This document shows positions 19,664 through 28,951 of a stretch of DNA of 64,000 bases, one piece after another (the first letter of the stretch is position 1; each line of letters opens with the position of its first letter). This stretch comes from Candidatus Omnitrophota bacterium (GTDB taxonomy: Bacteria; Omnitrophota; Gorgyraeia; Gygaellales; Profunditerraquicolaceae). The position numbers and the translations under genes were made by a program. Where the stretch lies: the NCBI GenBank assembly GCA_028716245.1, contig JAQUQW010000003.1, positions 84,638-148,637 of the forward strand, written 5' to 3'. A model generated the notes under the pieces. That model was not told where the DNA came from. It searched no databases and saw only the letters and a list, made by a program, of their open reading frames with translations.

Positions 19664-20512
19664 TTATCCTACTACCGCTCCCTGGGTAACGCCTTTAATA
19701 ATGTATTTCTGCATAAATAGGTATACTAAAATAATCGGCAAAGCGGTGATCGTTAAACCCGCCATTAATAACGGATAATTGGTAACAAACTCGCCTTGAA
19801 AAGATTGCAAGGCTACCTGCAGCGGCATAAACTTGCGGTTATCAAAAATAATCAGCGCCAGGATATATTCATTCCATACGGCTAAAGCGTTAAAAACAAT
19901 CACCACTGCCAACACCGGCTTAGCCAGCGGCAGGGCAACGTGCCACCAAATCCCGATTTTCGAACAGCCGTCAATGCGCGCGGCATCTTCCAGCTCTTTA
20001 GGCATCTTATCAAAAAAAGTTTTAAGCAAAAATATACTCGTGGAGAGCCCGACGTTAATCATACACAAAATATAACCAATGGGAGTATTCCTTAAATGTA
20101 ATTTATTCAATAAGACATAGAGGGCGACAAAACTTCCCGGAATGGGAATCATCATTGCCGCCATAAACATGATGAACAAAAATTTGCTTCCCACAAACCG
20201 TAAGCGGCTAAAGGCATAGGCGGCCATGGAAGAAATGATCACTATCCCAAAGACTACCGATACGGTATAGATAATACTGTTACAAAAGTTGCCGCCGAAT
20301 CCCCCCTCTTTCCAGGCCAAGACATAATTCTCCAGGCGGAACTGGTGCGGGATCAAAGAAATATCCTTAAAAATCATATCCTGGGTTTTAAGGCTGGAGA
20401 CAATCATCCAAAGCAGCGGATAGAGACAGGTTATGGCCACGGTAATTAGGAAAAGATGGATCAGCGTATTTACCACGATCTTTTTACTCTTATAATAAAA
20501 TGAGTTCATCAT
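19664..20512 (-). CDS. ABC sugar transporter permease (MalG/LacG-like)
   Basis: 282 aa with 6 TM helices and the EAA-like loop AARIDGCSKIGIWWHVALPLAKP. Confidence 0.85.
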   Translation of the reverse strand: MMNSFYYKSKKIVVNTLIHLFLITVAITCLYPLLWMIVSSLKTQDMIFKDISLIPHQFRLENYVLAWKEGGFGGNFCNSIIYTVSVVFGIVIISSMAAYAFSRLRFVGSKFLFIMFMAAMMIPIPGSFVALYVLLNKLHLRNTPIGYILCMINVGLSTSIFLLKTFFDKMPKELEDAARIDGCSKIGIWWHVALPLAKPVLAVVIVFNALAVWNEYILALIIFDNRKFMPLQVALQSFQGEFVTNYPLLMAGLTITALPIILVYLFMQKYIIKGVTQGAVVG

Positions 20513-20520
20513 TTTTTATT

Positions 20521-21399
20521 TTACTGGCCTTTCTTGGAAAAACGGTATTGGATAAAAGATATTATAATCAATACCAGGCCAAAAGTAATCCCCTGGGCGC
20601 AGGCATAACCAAAACGCGATGAGCCGCGCATCGAAGCCAGGATCCTTAAAACCGGAACCGAAGTATGCCCGGCGAATTCTCCCCCGACAAGGCTGACAAT
20701 CAATACAAACACCTGCATCGTGCCTAGAACCGTAAGGATGGCAACCAGCACCATCACCGGGATCATTAAAGGCAGGGTTATTTTTTTAAATGACTGCCAG
20801 GCGCTGGCTCCGTCGACCCGGGCGGCTTCGTAAAGCTCGCGCGGAATAGTCTGTAAGCCCGCCAGAAAGATTAAAAATCCCCAGCCAAAACCTTTCCAGC
20901 AATGCACAATCGCCACGGTAGTAAGGGCGGTATTGGGGTCGGATAACCAATTATGCACTAAATGCGGAAAACCCATTTGCGTAAGCGTCCGGTTGATTAC
21001 GTTTGCTCCGTCAATATCATTGATAATAAAACGCCAGGCCATGCCCACGACCACTTCCGAGAGGACCGGGGGGATAAAAAAAATCACCCGGTAAAAATTT
21101 TTCATCCTGATTTCACGGTCGCAGGCCCAGGCAAGCATAAAAGCCAGGATATTCTGGAAGGTCAAGGCAATCAAAGTAATATAACCGGCGTTCCACATTG
21201 ACTGCCACCAGTTTCTATCTTGCAGGAAGATCTCTTTAAAATTCTGCAGGCCGACGAATACCTTAGTAAAAGAAATCCCATCCCAATCAAAGAGGCCCAA
21301 CTGAAAAACCCAAATAAAAGGAATAATATAGAATATGGAAAATATGGTTACTGCCGGCAGGACAAAGGTGTAATTTTCTAATGTATCTTTTATCTTCAT
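20521..21399 (-). CDS. ABC sugar transporter permease (MalF/LacF-like)
   Basis: 292 aa with 6 TM helices and the EAA loop EAARVDGASAWQSFKKITLPLMIP. Confidence 0.85.
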   Translation of the reverse strand: MKIKDTLENYTFVLPAVTIFSIFYIIPFIWVFQLGLFDWDGISFTKVFVGLQNFKEIFLQDRNWWQSMWNAGYITLIALTFQNILAFMLAWACDREIRMKNFYRVIFFIPPVLSEVVVGMAWRFIINDIDGANVINRTLTQMGFPHLVHNWLSDPNTALTTVAIVHCWKGFGWGFLIFLAGLQTIPRELYEAARVDGASAWQSFKKITLPLMIPVMVLVAILTVLGTMQVFVLIVSLVGGEFAGHTSVPVLRILASMRGSSRFGYACAQGITFGLVLIIISFIQYRFSKKGQ

Positions 21400-22697
21400 T
21401 ATTTCGCTTTTCTCTTGGCCATCTCACGATCCTTAATCTGCTGCACTTCCGCGGCTACCTGTTCGGGAGTTTTCTCTCCGATAATAATGGACTGGATGCC
21501 GCGGTCAAAGGCCTCGATGACCAAAGAAAACTCCGAAACCCCCCAGACATTCGGATGGGTCGCATATTCCATACCGCGGGCAAATTGGGCAAGCACTTCA
21601 GGAATCTTAGCCAGACAGTTTTTGTTGGCAGGCAGATTATTGGTGGCTTTGGATAAATACGCCTGCTGGTCCTGGTCGGTCAACCAAATTAAAAACTTAA
21701 CCGCTTCTTCCTTATTCTTAGAACGCGCGTTAACCATAAAAGAAGAACCTGCTCCGCCCCAAATAGACATCGGATACTTGTCCGAGGCCTGCGGCGGCAG
21801 CATCGCCCCGTATTCAAGGTTAGGATTCATTCCTTTATAAACATTCACGCACCAGGAGCCGTTAAAAGCAAAAACAGCTTTTTCATTGGCAAAAAGCTGT
21901 TCCGCGGATTTATTAATCATGGTTACCAGGCCTTTAGCTAAGACACCTGAATCCTGCATCTGTTTAAAGATAGAAAATACCTTGACCCAATCCAGATCGG
22001 TGTAGGGGACTTCCCCTCTTATCGTCGCCATTACCTTGTCTTTACCCATAATATTAAAGGCATAGTCGTTGGCCAGGCAATCAATCATCCAAACCTCACC
22101 CCATCCGGAGACCAGCCCTTGCAATCCGTTGGCTTTGATTTTAGCCCCGATTTCCAAGAATTCAGGAAGAGTTTTGGGAGGATGATTGGGATTTAAACCT
22201 AATTGCGCAAAAAGTTTTTTGTTATAGACCATCTGGATGGTCATAATATCGATCGGAACACCATATGTGCCGGGATTTATCCCATAACTATTACCCAAGA
22301 TAAATTCATTCACTGCCAGCGCCTTGGGGAAAAAGCTGTTCTTCCAACCGCTATTGTTAGCTTCCATATAAGAGGTAAGATCTAAGATGTGGCCGGCTTT
22401 GATAAAAGAAGCAAAATCCCTCTTCTCTCCCAAAATGCCGAAAACATCCGGAAGGTTTATGCCTTGGGCCGCGGCGCGGATCTTCTGCGAATAAGCGTCC
22501 GAAGGGGCATAAAGCTCGAAATTTACTTTTACGCCGGTTAAAGTCTCATATTTTTTTGCCAGTTCCTGAAAGGTTGCGTCGCGGTCGGTCATCCAGTGCC
22601 AAATAGTTATGGCGGGCTTGGAATCAACTTTTTGGCCTGAACAGCCTAATACTGAAAATAATACAAAAATACCCAGAAACAAGTTCTTAAACCACAT
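21399..22697 (-). CDS. Extracellular solute-binding protein (family 1, sugar ABC transporter SBP), lipoprotein
   Basis: It has a lipobox (FSVLGCSGQ). The length and composition fit a MalE-like SBP. The likely start is MWFKNL (ATG 22697, RBS AAGGAG). It overlaps the first permease by 1 nt. Confidence 0.8.
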   Translation of the reverse strand: MWFKNLFLGIFVLFSVLGCSGQKVDSKPAITIWHWMTDRDATFQELAKKYETLTGVKVNFELYAPSDAYSQKIRAAAQGINLPDVFGILGEKRDFASFIKAGHILDLTSYMEANNSGWKNSFFPKALAVNEFILGNSYGINPGTYGVPIDIMTIQMVYNKKLFAQLGLNPNHPPKTLPEFLEIGAKIKANGLQGLVSGWGEVWMIDCLANDYAFNIMGKDKVMATIRGEVPYTDLDWVKVFSIFKQMQDSGVLAKGLVTMINKSAEQLFANEKAVFAFNGSWCVNVYKGMNPNLEYGAMLPPQASDKYPMSIWGGAGSSFMVNARSKNKEEAVKFLIWLTDQDQQAYLSKATNNLPANKNCLAKIPEVLAQFARGMEYATHPNVWGVSEFSLVIEAFDRGIQSIIIGEKTPEQVAAEVQQIKDREMAKRKAK

Positions 22698-22707
22698 CTT
22701 AATACTC

Positions 22708-22756
22708 CTTGCCCACACGGGCACACCCGCATAATTCCTTATAAGCGCGGAGTGTT
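22708..22756 (-). promoter_or_regulatory. Conserved leader/operator element (copy B) upstream of the SBP-permease-GH transcription unit
   Basis: cttgcccacacgggcacacccgcataattccttataagcgcggag. It aligns 39/45 with copy A, with the same TGCCC-N4-GGGCA palindrome immediately 5' of the RBS. Confidence 0.5.
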
Positions 22757-22860
22757 CTGTTTTTGGTGGGAGATTTATTCCCTAGGAATAGATCATAAAA
22801 AGACATAATACAAAAATTTAACATATTTTAGCCAACAAATCAAGTTCTTTATTGGCTAAA

Positions 22861-23556
22861 TCAGGCACGTAGGAGGCGCGAAACACCCATAAGATCAGCC
22901 CTTTCCAACTCAATACCCGAGCGATATCCGGTTACTCCTGCTAACCTGGACCAGACAACCTGCCCCCTTGTGTATAAAGGGTCGGTACTACCGGGAACAT
23001 CCAGCCAAATCTCTAAAGGAGTATTAGATTCCAATTCGTTTGCGGTGGATAACCCCAAACCTTTTGCGCTTACGTCAAATGTCTGAGCCTGCCCTTCTCT
23101 TCCGTCTAAGCCGATAAACCGGGCGGAAAACTCCTTCTTGAACCTTTCGAAGATCCGATGATCATTCATCCCTTCGCCTCCTTTCTCTTTTTCCACCTTT
23201 ACAGCTCCCAGCCACGGCTTCTGCTTTGAACCATTAGGACGATACATGTTGATAAATTTATAAATTTTGTCCTTATCCGCGTCCTTTATCCTGCTAAAAT
23301 AAAGCCCGTAATGATTAATGCCGTTAACCGCCTTGTGCCAGGCAACCCAAATTTCCGCCTCAACGGTATAATTTTCAGAGAGCCGTAAACTCATCTTAAG
23401 CTGGCGATCCTGCGGCAATTTTGTATTTAAAGTAACCTTTGCTCCTTTAGAATTGATATCCTTGATCTGGCAGAATAATTCCTCGGTCACCTGCTCTAAC
23501 TTAAGCGCGGCGTGTTGATTCACCTGCCATCTGGCTAATCTTCTGCGTTCCTGCAT
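22861..23556 (-). CDS. Tandem PilZ-domain protein (putative c-di-GMP receptor)
   Basis: 231 aa with two PilZ signatures: ERRRLARW ... DINSKGAKV, and DHRIFERF ... DVSAKGLGL (RxxxR + D-x-S-x-x-G). Confidence 0.55.
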   Translation of the reverse strand: MQERRRLARWQVNQHAALKLEQVTEELFCQIKDINSKGAKVTLNTKLPQDRQLKMSLRLSENYTVEAEIWVAWHKAVNGINHYGLYFSRIKDADKDKIYKFINMYRPNGSKQKPWLGAVKVEKEKGGEGMNDHRIFERFKKEFSARFIGLDGREGQAQTFDVSAKGLGLSTANELESNTPLEIWLDVPGSTDPLYTRGQVVWSRLAGVTGYRSGIELERADLMGVSRLLRA

Positions 23557-23652
23557 GATTTACTCCTAATTCTAAACTGCTGAACCAAGCTAAGTTACAC
23601 ATACATTATCTCCTATTTATTAAATTAATCAAGAAAAAAATATCTGTATACA

Positions 23653-26600
23653 TCAGTCGCCGATTACGGCCGTTTTAACTGCTTCAAGATTAGTTACTGC
23701 GGGTAAGACGGGCGCGGTTGATACTGTTGAAGGAAGGACACTAAGGGTTTCTTTAATATCGCTAATAATCCGATTGAGCCGCTCCGGAGAATTTGTATTA
23801 AAAATTGCCTCGGCAATAAGCTTAAGATTTGCTGAAGCCGGATAGCTATTGTTACTGGGCTGTGCTAGAAAATCTTTGGTCTCTTTTACAATACTTTTAT
23901 TCTCTTCAATCAAATTCAGCGTAAGTATTTCTTCTATTTCTTTAAGCCCATATTTATTGGCTAATTTTGTTATTGCTTCTTTAGAAAAAGAATAATATAA
24001 TTTATTTTTAAGATTATCCAATTTGCCCAATCCTATATCCTCAATTATAAGTTTCGCGATCAACTCCGGCACGGTTTTATTAAGTTCTTTTGCAAATTTA
24101 GAAATTGCCGGCTGAGCGACCAATCTTTCATCAATAATTCCAATAATATTCTCTATCTTCTTTTCATCAATCCCGTCTACTTTTGCCTGTTTATAGAACT
24201 CCATTTTTGCTTTCTCAACAGTAAAGTCGATTTTTAAATCGGCCGTATCCATATTAATCACCTGAGCCAACCATGCCTTGAACAACGCCGGATTACCCGC
24301 GGTTTCTTTAACAAGCTTTAGGATAATCTCTTTGCCATATCCGCTATTAAAGAGCTTGTTCAAGTCGCCATTTTTGAAATTTTCGGCATTTAACCAATTT
24401 CTGATTTGCCCCTCGGATGCGGCAAGAATATCCGTTTCTTTTATCGAAACCTCTTTTATAAGATTATTCAGCGCCCCGGTTCCGCCGACTGACTCAATAT
24501 TTAAAAGGTATTCAAACAAATCGGATTTTATTTCCTTTACCTGCGCATCCTTAAGCTGAGAATATTGCGGCAGGTCGGTTAATTGTAGATTTTCCACGTC
24601 TTTGGACTTAATAAAAATATTTTGTTCTTCAAGCGCTTCTAATACTTGGGGTTTTAATATTGGGTTATTTATTAAAGACCACATATTCAATATTATGTAG
24701 GGAGCGGGAATATCTTTGCCATCCTCTAAAATCTTGTTTAAAACATCCTCTTCCTTGGCTAGAATACTCAATTTATCCGGCAGATCCGTTGAAAAATTAT
24801 TTGGATCATTTAATTGCCCGAGCAAAACATCCTGCTTGATCCTTAACTGGTCTCTGGCTATTTTAAGGAACTGATAAGGATTGGCCGATCCTCTCATTAT
24901 CTGCTCTTCAAAATTTGCCAAGAATTCCAGGAAGCGCTTACCGCGCAAGGTAAGCTCATCCTGTGTTCCTCTTACGCGTCCGTCAAATACCAGGCCCAGG
25001 GACTTAAGGGCTTCAACCGGTTGGCTTAGCCCTCTTTGAGATAAATATTTCTCTAATTGCGCAGCCGTGGCGATGTCTCCTTGCGCAATTACCCCCGCGC
25101 GCTGCCTAATCTTTTTTAAATATTCCGACTGTAAGTATTCGATATCTTTATCGGTAACTTCCGCCTGATGCCGGCTGACATCAACCAATTTTCCCGCCTC
25201 CTGCCGCAGCCGGCTTACCCCCTGCGCGTCCTGCTCTTTGTTTATCTTCTCGGATATCGCCAATACAGCTTCCTTCTTAGCTTCAGGAGAGGAAATTTTG
25301 CCTAACTCTTCTTTTTCTTTTGTGGTAATTAATCTATCTTTTCTTTCATTTACTATAACCGAAAAAGTTCCTTCGGCGCGGTTAGCTTTATTTATGCGGC
25401 CGCTAAGCTGAGTAAGCTTATCCTTAGAATCCACTCCCACCTTAATCAACGCCACTTTGTATTTGCCGTTAGGCGCGTTAAAAGTATTGACGCCCGCGCC
25501 CATACCCTGGATAATCAATATCGGCTTCTTTGACGGGTCAACTTTATTATTCTCCCTTATCTCCTCGAATTTTCTTCCCTGCAACTCGCGATTCTCCCCG
25601 GTTACAAATTCTATTTCACTGCGCGGGATAATGCCGTCATCCATTGCCTTAAGTATCCCCGCGCGCACCTCCTCCAATTTAGACGCGCTGATATCGGTAA
25701 CCGCAACCTGGGAAACTTCTTTACTTTTTATAAGCTCCACGACGTGTTTTACAGCCGCCGCCACATCAGGCAAATCCGTTGATATTACGTCTAATTTATT
25801 GATTCCATTATCCCAATCCACTTTTTCTTCCGGCGTAACTCTTACCGTGCTGACTCCCATTTCATTTAAAGTCTTGCCCTGTCCCTCAGTGGTAGCAGAG
25901 CCGAAAATTGCCTTATCTATCCCTATTTTCTTCAACAGCTCAGTGGTGGTAATACGGTCTGTAGGTTTATGTAATAAATTATCCGCCACCTGCTCATCGG
26001 TTGCGCCTTCTTTTAACGCGATAAGCCCGGCTACTTCCTGGCTGCCAAACCTGGTATTCGGCCGCTCTGTGCCGTCGCTATCGGCGATACGGTAATCCAC
26101 GTATTTGCCTTCTTTATCGCTGGTTATCCAATAATGTTTGCCTTTTTCTTTATTAAATAGCGTATCCGCGGCTAAATCTATAAGATTTGAAAACTCCTCT
26201 TTAGCCCGGCCATAACCCAAATCTTTCAATAAATCTTTATGGCTGATAGAGATACTCTCAATAATTTTTCCTCTGCTTGCCGGCTTTAACTGGTATTCCG
26301 AGCGAACCTCATGTCCGCTTAAAAGAGAACGGGTTTTGGTTATGCCTTCGATCCCATTATCATGCAAGCCCGCCTCCTTGTTGATTTCTTCATTAATCAC
26401 CCTGAGAAGTTTTACTTCTTTCATTACCAAACTCTTTGCGTTTTCATCGGTAAGCTTGGAATAAATACCTTCGCGCGGGCCTTTAATCAAATCCGCATCC
26501 ACTAAAACAAGCTGGATTTCATTGACGATTACGCCGGTTACGCCTTCTAAAATTTTCTTTTGTCGCGCACTTGCTCCCTTTTCATCCAAACCAATGCTCT

Positions 26601-28929
26601 TAGCGTCATAATTCTCCATAAGATAAATTTGGGGTTTCTGCGGCTTAAATTGACCTATCAAGACGGGCGCGTGCGCATCCTCTATTTTAAAAACGTTGCA
26701 GTCCTTTGCTAACCTTTCCACCGTAGGGTTATCTTTAAGCTGCTCTAAATTTTTGGAATCGGGGTCGATGTAAATATTTTTAATTTTGGATTCTTGATTA
26801 GCGTTTATCTTTTGGGTTATATCCAAAGCCACCTTTATTCCGCTTAGATAACCATCCATCTTCCCGCCGCTCATTTCCAGCCCCACTGCCAGGCCTTTGG
26901 TAGGCATTTCCAAATTTGATTGGGCAAGATGGACTGCTACGCTATATGTAAATGCCAGCTGGTCCGGACGGATATTAAAATTCCTGTTTTTAACAAGGCC
27001 GGCAAATTCACGCGCCACTAAATTATCTATGGTTATATCCTTGCCTACCTTACCTGCTAATATATTTTTTGTTTCCTCCGCTATTCTTTTGCCGATCGCG
27101 TTTAAATTATCTACGGTTAAAACCTCAAGTTTTATGCCAGCCAACTCGTTCCTTAAATTATCTCCTACGCCCTTTAAATTATCATCGCCGTGGATGCGCG
27201 GTAATTCAAATGGGTTTACTTCGATAGAAGAAGGCAGGGGGACGGTTTTTATATTTTCCGGAGCGGAACCTCCGGCTGTGCCGCCTGTATTTATACCTGA
27301 AAAATCGACAGGAGTAAGTTTATTTTTTACAATACCCGGCCCAAACATATTCACCGCCATCACCGCTGTTGCGCTAGCCGCTGTCCCCAAATTGCCGGTT
27401 TTTCCGCCCTCCCATAAAGCAGCCGCGGCCAATGGCAGAGTTACTACAGCCATAGTTACCGGCGCCTTATATTTTTCATACGCGGGCGGTAATGACAATA
27501 AGCTAAACTGCGTTTTAGCTGACTTTACCCCGCGCAAGGCTTCTCCGCTGCCGCCGCGCAGGATAAATAAACTACCGGCTGCCTCACCTAAGTTACGGTA
27601 ACCGGAATCGTAATCCCATCTGCCGTCAACAATTGAACCGCGGCGCAACCCTACGCCTGCTTCAAGAGGATTAGCTACAAAATCCGCAAAACCGCGCCAG
27701 CTATAACTCGGACTTGCGCCCGCGTTGGCGCCAATAGATAAACCGGTAAGCGGGCTAAAAGACCCTACGCTCTTTATAAATGCTCCGGCAAACGGAACGC
27801 CATAATTATCCAATCCTTTACTAATCGGAACAACCAGAGAATCGCTAATACCAGCCAAACCGGTAAAACCTTTTTCATACCAATTAAAACCATTGGTTAA
27901 ATTTTGGTTCTGAACATTAAGACTGGCTATTTCAGTCGCATCTGCCACTACCCGCTCATTAGTCTTAATCTTTCTCTCTTCTAAATAATTCTTAACTCCC
28001 TGCGGTGTAGCGGCTACCTCAGATAGGCCGCTGAGCATATCATCATTATATTTTCCCGGCGCAAGCAAATGCTCCTCTTGCCTGATTTCGTTCATCAGGT
28101 AACCGATTCTCCCGTTATTGTCGGCAAAAGTATTATAGGCAGGGGATTTAAGCGGAGAAAGACCATAGACTGTATTGACCAAAACCCCTGCGCCGGCAAG
28201 GCCGATATAGCTTCTTACGGCAGGATTCCCCCAAATCATATTGCTACCTTGCCAGGCATAATTAAGCCCTTGCGCTACCCGGCCGCTCCGTAATGCCCAA
28301 GAGCCGCTGTCTATTGCTAAAGAAGGCACGTATCTGGAAACCCCAGTGGTTAATAAATCGCCGGCGCTTGAAAGTACTCCTTCAGCTGCTCCACCCGGGA
28401 GGGTTATAAATGCAAAATACTGACTAAGAAACTCCTTATGCTCTCTGCCTTCGGGAGTATCCCAAAATCCCGGCTTAAATATGGTTTGGTCTATTGCCCA
28501 GTTTGCCTTATCGTAAATAGCATTTTTTATTCCGGGGAGCTGGTTAGATATTGTTTTAGTCCAATTGGTATTAGCTACTGCGATTCCCGCTTGGGGATTA
28601 TTGGTCAGTACACCAGTAACCAAGCCAGCAGTAGATTTAATGCCCTGGATATTGATATTACTAAAAGGAGAAGTAAAATTTGTTGTAGAAATGCCAGTTA
28701 CAGACTTAACTGTGTTGTAGACATTGCTTGCGGCAGTATAGGTGCTGCTGGCTTTGGAAACATAAGATTGGGCGGTAGAACTAATGCTGGATAGGCTGGA
28801 TTGAACGCTTGATTTGAGGCTGGATACGCTGGGAAGACGAGATGTAATTTCATCGGTGATACCAACGGCTAAGCATACCTGCTGCGACAGAAAAATCGCT
28901 ATTATTAATAAAGCAACTGCCTTTTTCAT
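23653..28929 (-). CDS. Giant secreted protein (1758 aa), S/T-rich N-terminal region, no recognisable catalytic domain
   Basis: It has the signal peptide MKKAVALLIIAIFLSQQVCLA and a Ser/Thr-rich low-complexity stretch (SVSSLKSSVQSSLSSISSTAQS...), then a G/A-rich and long K/E-rich helical C-terminal half. It starts 22 nt after the upstream giant gene. Confidence 0.6.
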   Translation of the reverse strand: MKKAVALLIIAIFLSQQVCLAVGITDEITSRLPSVSSLKSSVQSSLSSISSTAQSYVSKASSTYTAASNVYNTVKSVTGISTTNFTSPFSNINIQGIKSTAGLVTGVLTNNPQAGIAVANTNWTKTISNQLPGIKNAIYDKANWAIDQTIFKPGFWDTPEGREHKEFLSQYFAFITLPGGAAEGVLSSAGDLLTTGVSRYVPSLAIDSGSWALRSGRVAQGLNYAWQGSNMIWGNPAVRSYIGLAGAGVLVNTVYGLSPLKSPAYNTFADNNGRIGYLMNEIRQEEHLLAPGKYNDDMLSGLSEVAATPQGVKNYLEERKIKTNERVVADATEIASLNVQNQNLTNGFNWYEKGFTGLAGISDSLVVPISKGLDNYGVPFAGAFIKSVGSFSPLTGLSIGANAGASPSYSWRGFADFVANPLEAGVGLRRGSIVDGRWDYDSGYRNLGEAAGSLFILRGGSGEALRGVKSAKTQFSLLSLPPAYEKYKAPVTMAVVTLPLAAAALWEGGKTGNLGTAASATAVMAVNMFGPGIVKNKLTPVDFSGINTGGTAGGSAPENIKTVPLPSSIEVNPFELPRIHGDDNLKGVGDNLRNELAGIKLEVLTVDNLNAIGKRIAEETKNILAGKVGKDITIDNLVAREFAGLVKNRNFNIRPDQLAFTYSVAVHLAQSNLEMPTKGLAVGLEMSGGKMDGYLSGIKVALDITQKINANQESKIKNIYIDPDSKNLEQLKDNPTVERLAKDCNVFKIEDAHAPVLIGQFKPQKPQIYLMENYDAKSIGLDEKGASARQKKILEGVTGVIVNEIQLVLVDADLIKGPREGIYSKLTDENAKSLVMKEVKLLRVINEEINKEAGLHDNGIEGITKTRSLLSGHEVRSEYQLKPASRGKIIESISISHKDLLKDLGYGRAKEEFSNLIDLAADTLFNKEKGKHYWITSDKEGKYVDYRIADSDGTERPNTRFGSQEVAGLIALKEGATDEQVADNLLHKPTDRITTTELLKKIGIDKAIFGSATTEGQGKTLNEMGVSTVRVTPEEKVDWDNGINKLDVISTDLPDVAAAVKHVVELIKSKEVSQVAVTDISASKLEEVRAGILKAMDDGIIPRSEIEFVTGENRELQGRKFEEIRENNKVDPSKKPILIIQGMGAGVNTFNAPNGKYKVALIKVGVDSKDKLTQLSGRINKANRAEGTFSVIVNERKDRLITTKEKEELGKISSPEAKKEAVLAISEKINKEQDAQGVSRLRQEAGKLVDVSRHQAEVTDKDIEYLQSEYLKKIRQRAGVIAQGDIATAAQLEKYLSQRGLSQPVEALKSLGLVFDGRVRGTQDELTLRGKRFLEFLANFEEQIMRGSANPYQFLKIARDQLRIKQDVLLGQLNDPNNFSTDLPDKLSILAKEEDVLNKILEDGKDIPAPYIILNMWSLINNPILKPQVLEALEEQNIFIKSKDVENLQLTDLPQYSQLKDAQVKEIKSDLFEYLLNIESVGGTGALNNLIKEVSIKETDILAASEGQIRNWLNAENFKNGDLNKLFNSGYGKEIILKLVKETAGNPALFKAWLAQVINMDTADLKIDFTVEKAKMEFYKQAKVDGIDEKKIENIIGIIDERLVAQPAISKFAKELNKTVPELIAKLIIEDIGLGKLDNLKNKLYYSFSKEAITKLANKYGLKEIEEILTLNLIEENKSIVKETKDFLAQPSNNSYPASANLKLIAEAIFNTNSPERLNRIISDIKETLSVLPSTVSTAPVLPAVTNLEAVKTAVIGD

Positions 28930-28951
28930 CGGCTTTATCTCTTTTCCAAAT

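Noticed and set aside
23752-23780. Third partial copy of the cgattgagc hairpin loop inside the 1758-aa gene
   Set aside because: Only a 10-mer match without the flanking gtttcc/ggaaac arms, which is compatible with chance in 128 kb of both strands.
23653-28929. Searched the 1758-aa giant for further glycolytic domains (enolase, PGM, pyruvate kinase, PFK, PGI) to complete the pathway
   Set aside because: Only weak resemblances were found (e.g. FILRGGSGEALRG vs aldolase VLHGGSG; ILIIQGMGAGVN vs PFK), and no convincing family signature. It is left as unknown, and a profile search is needed.
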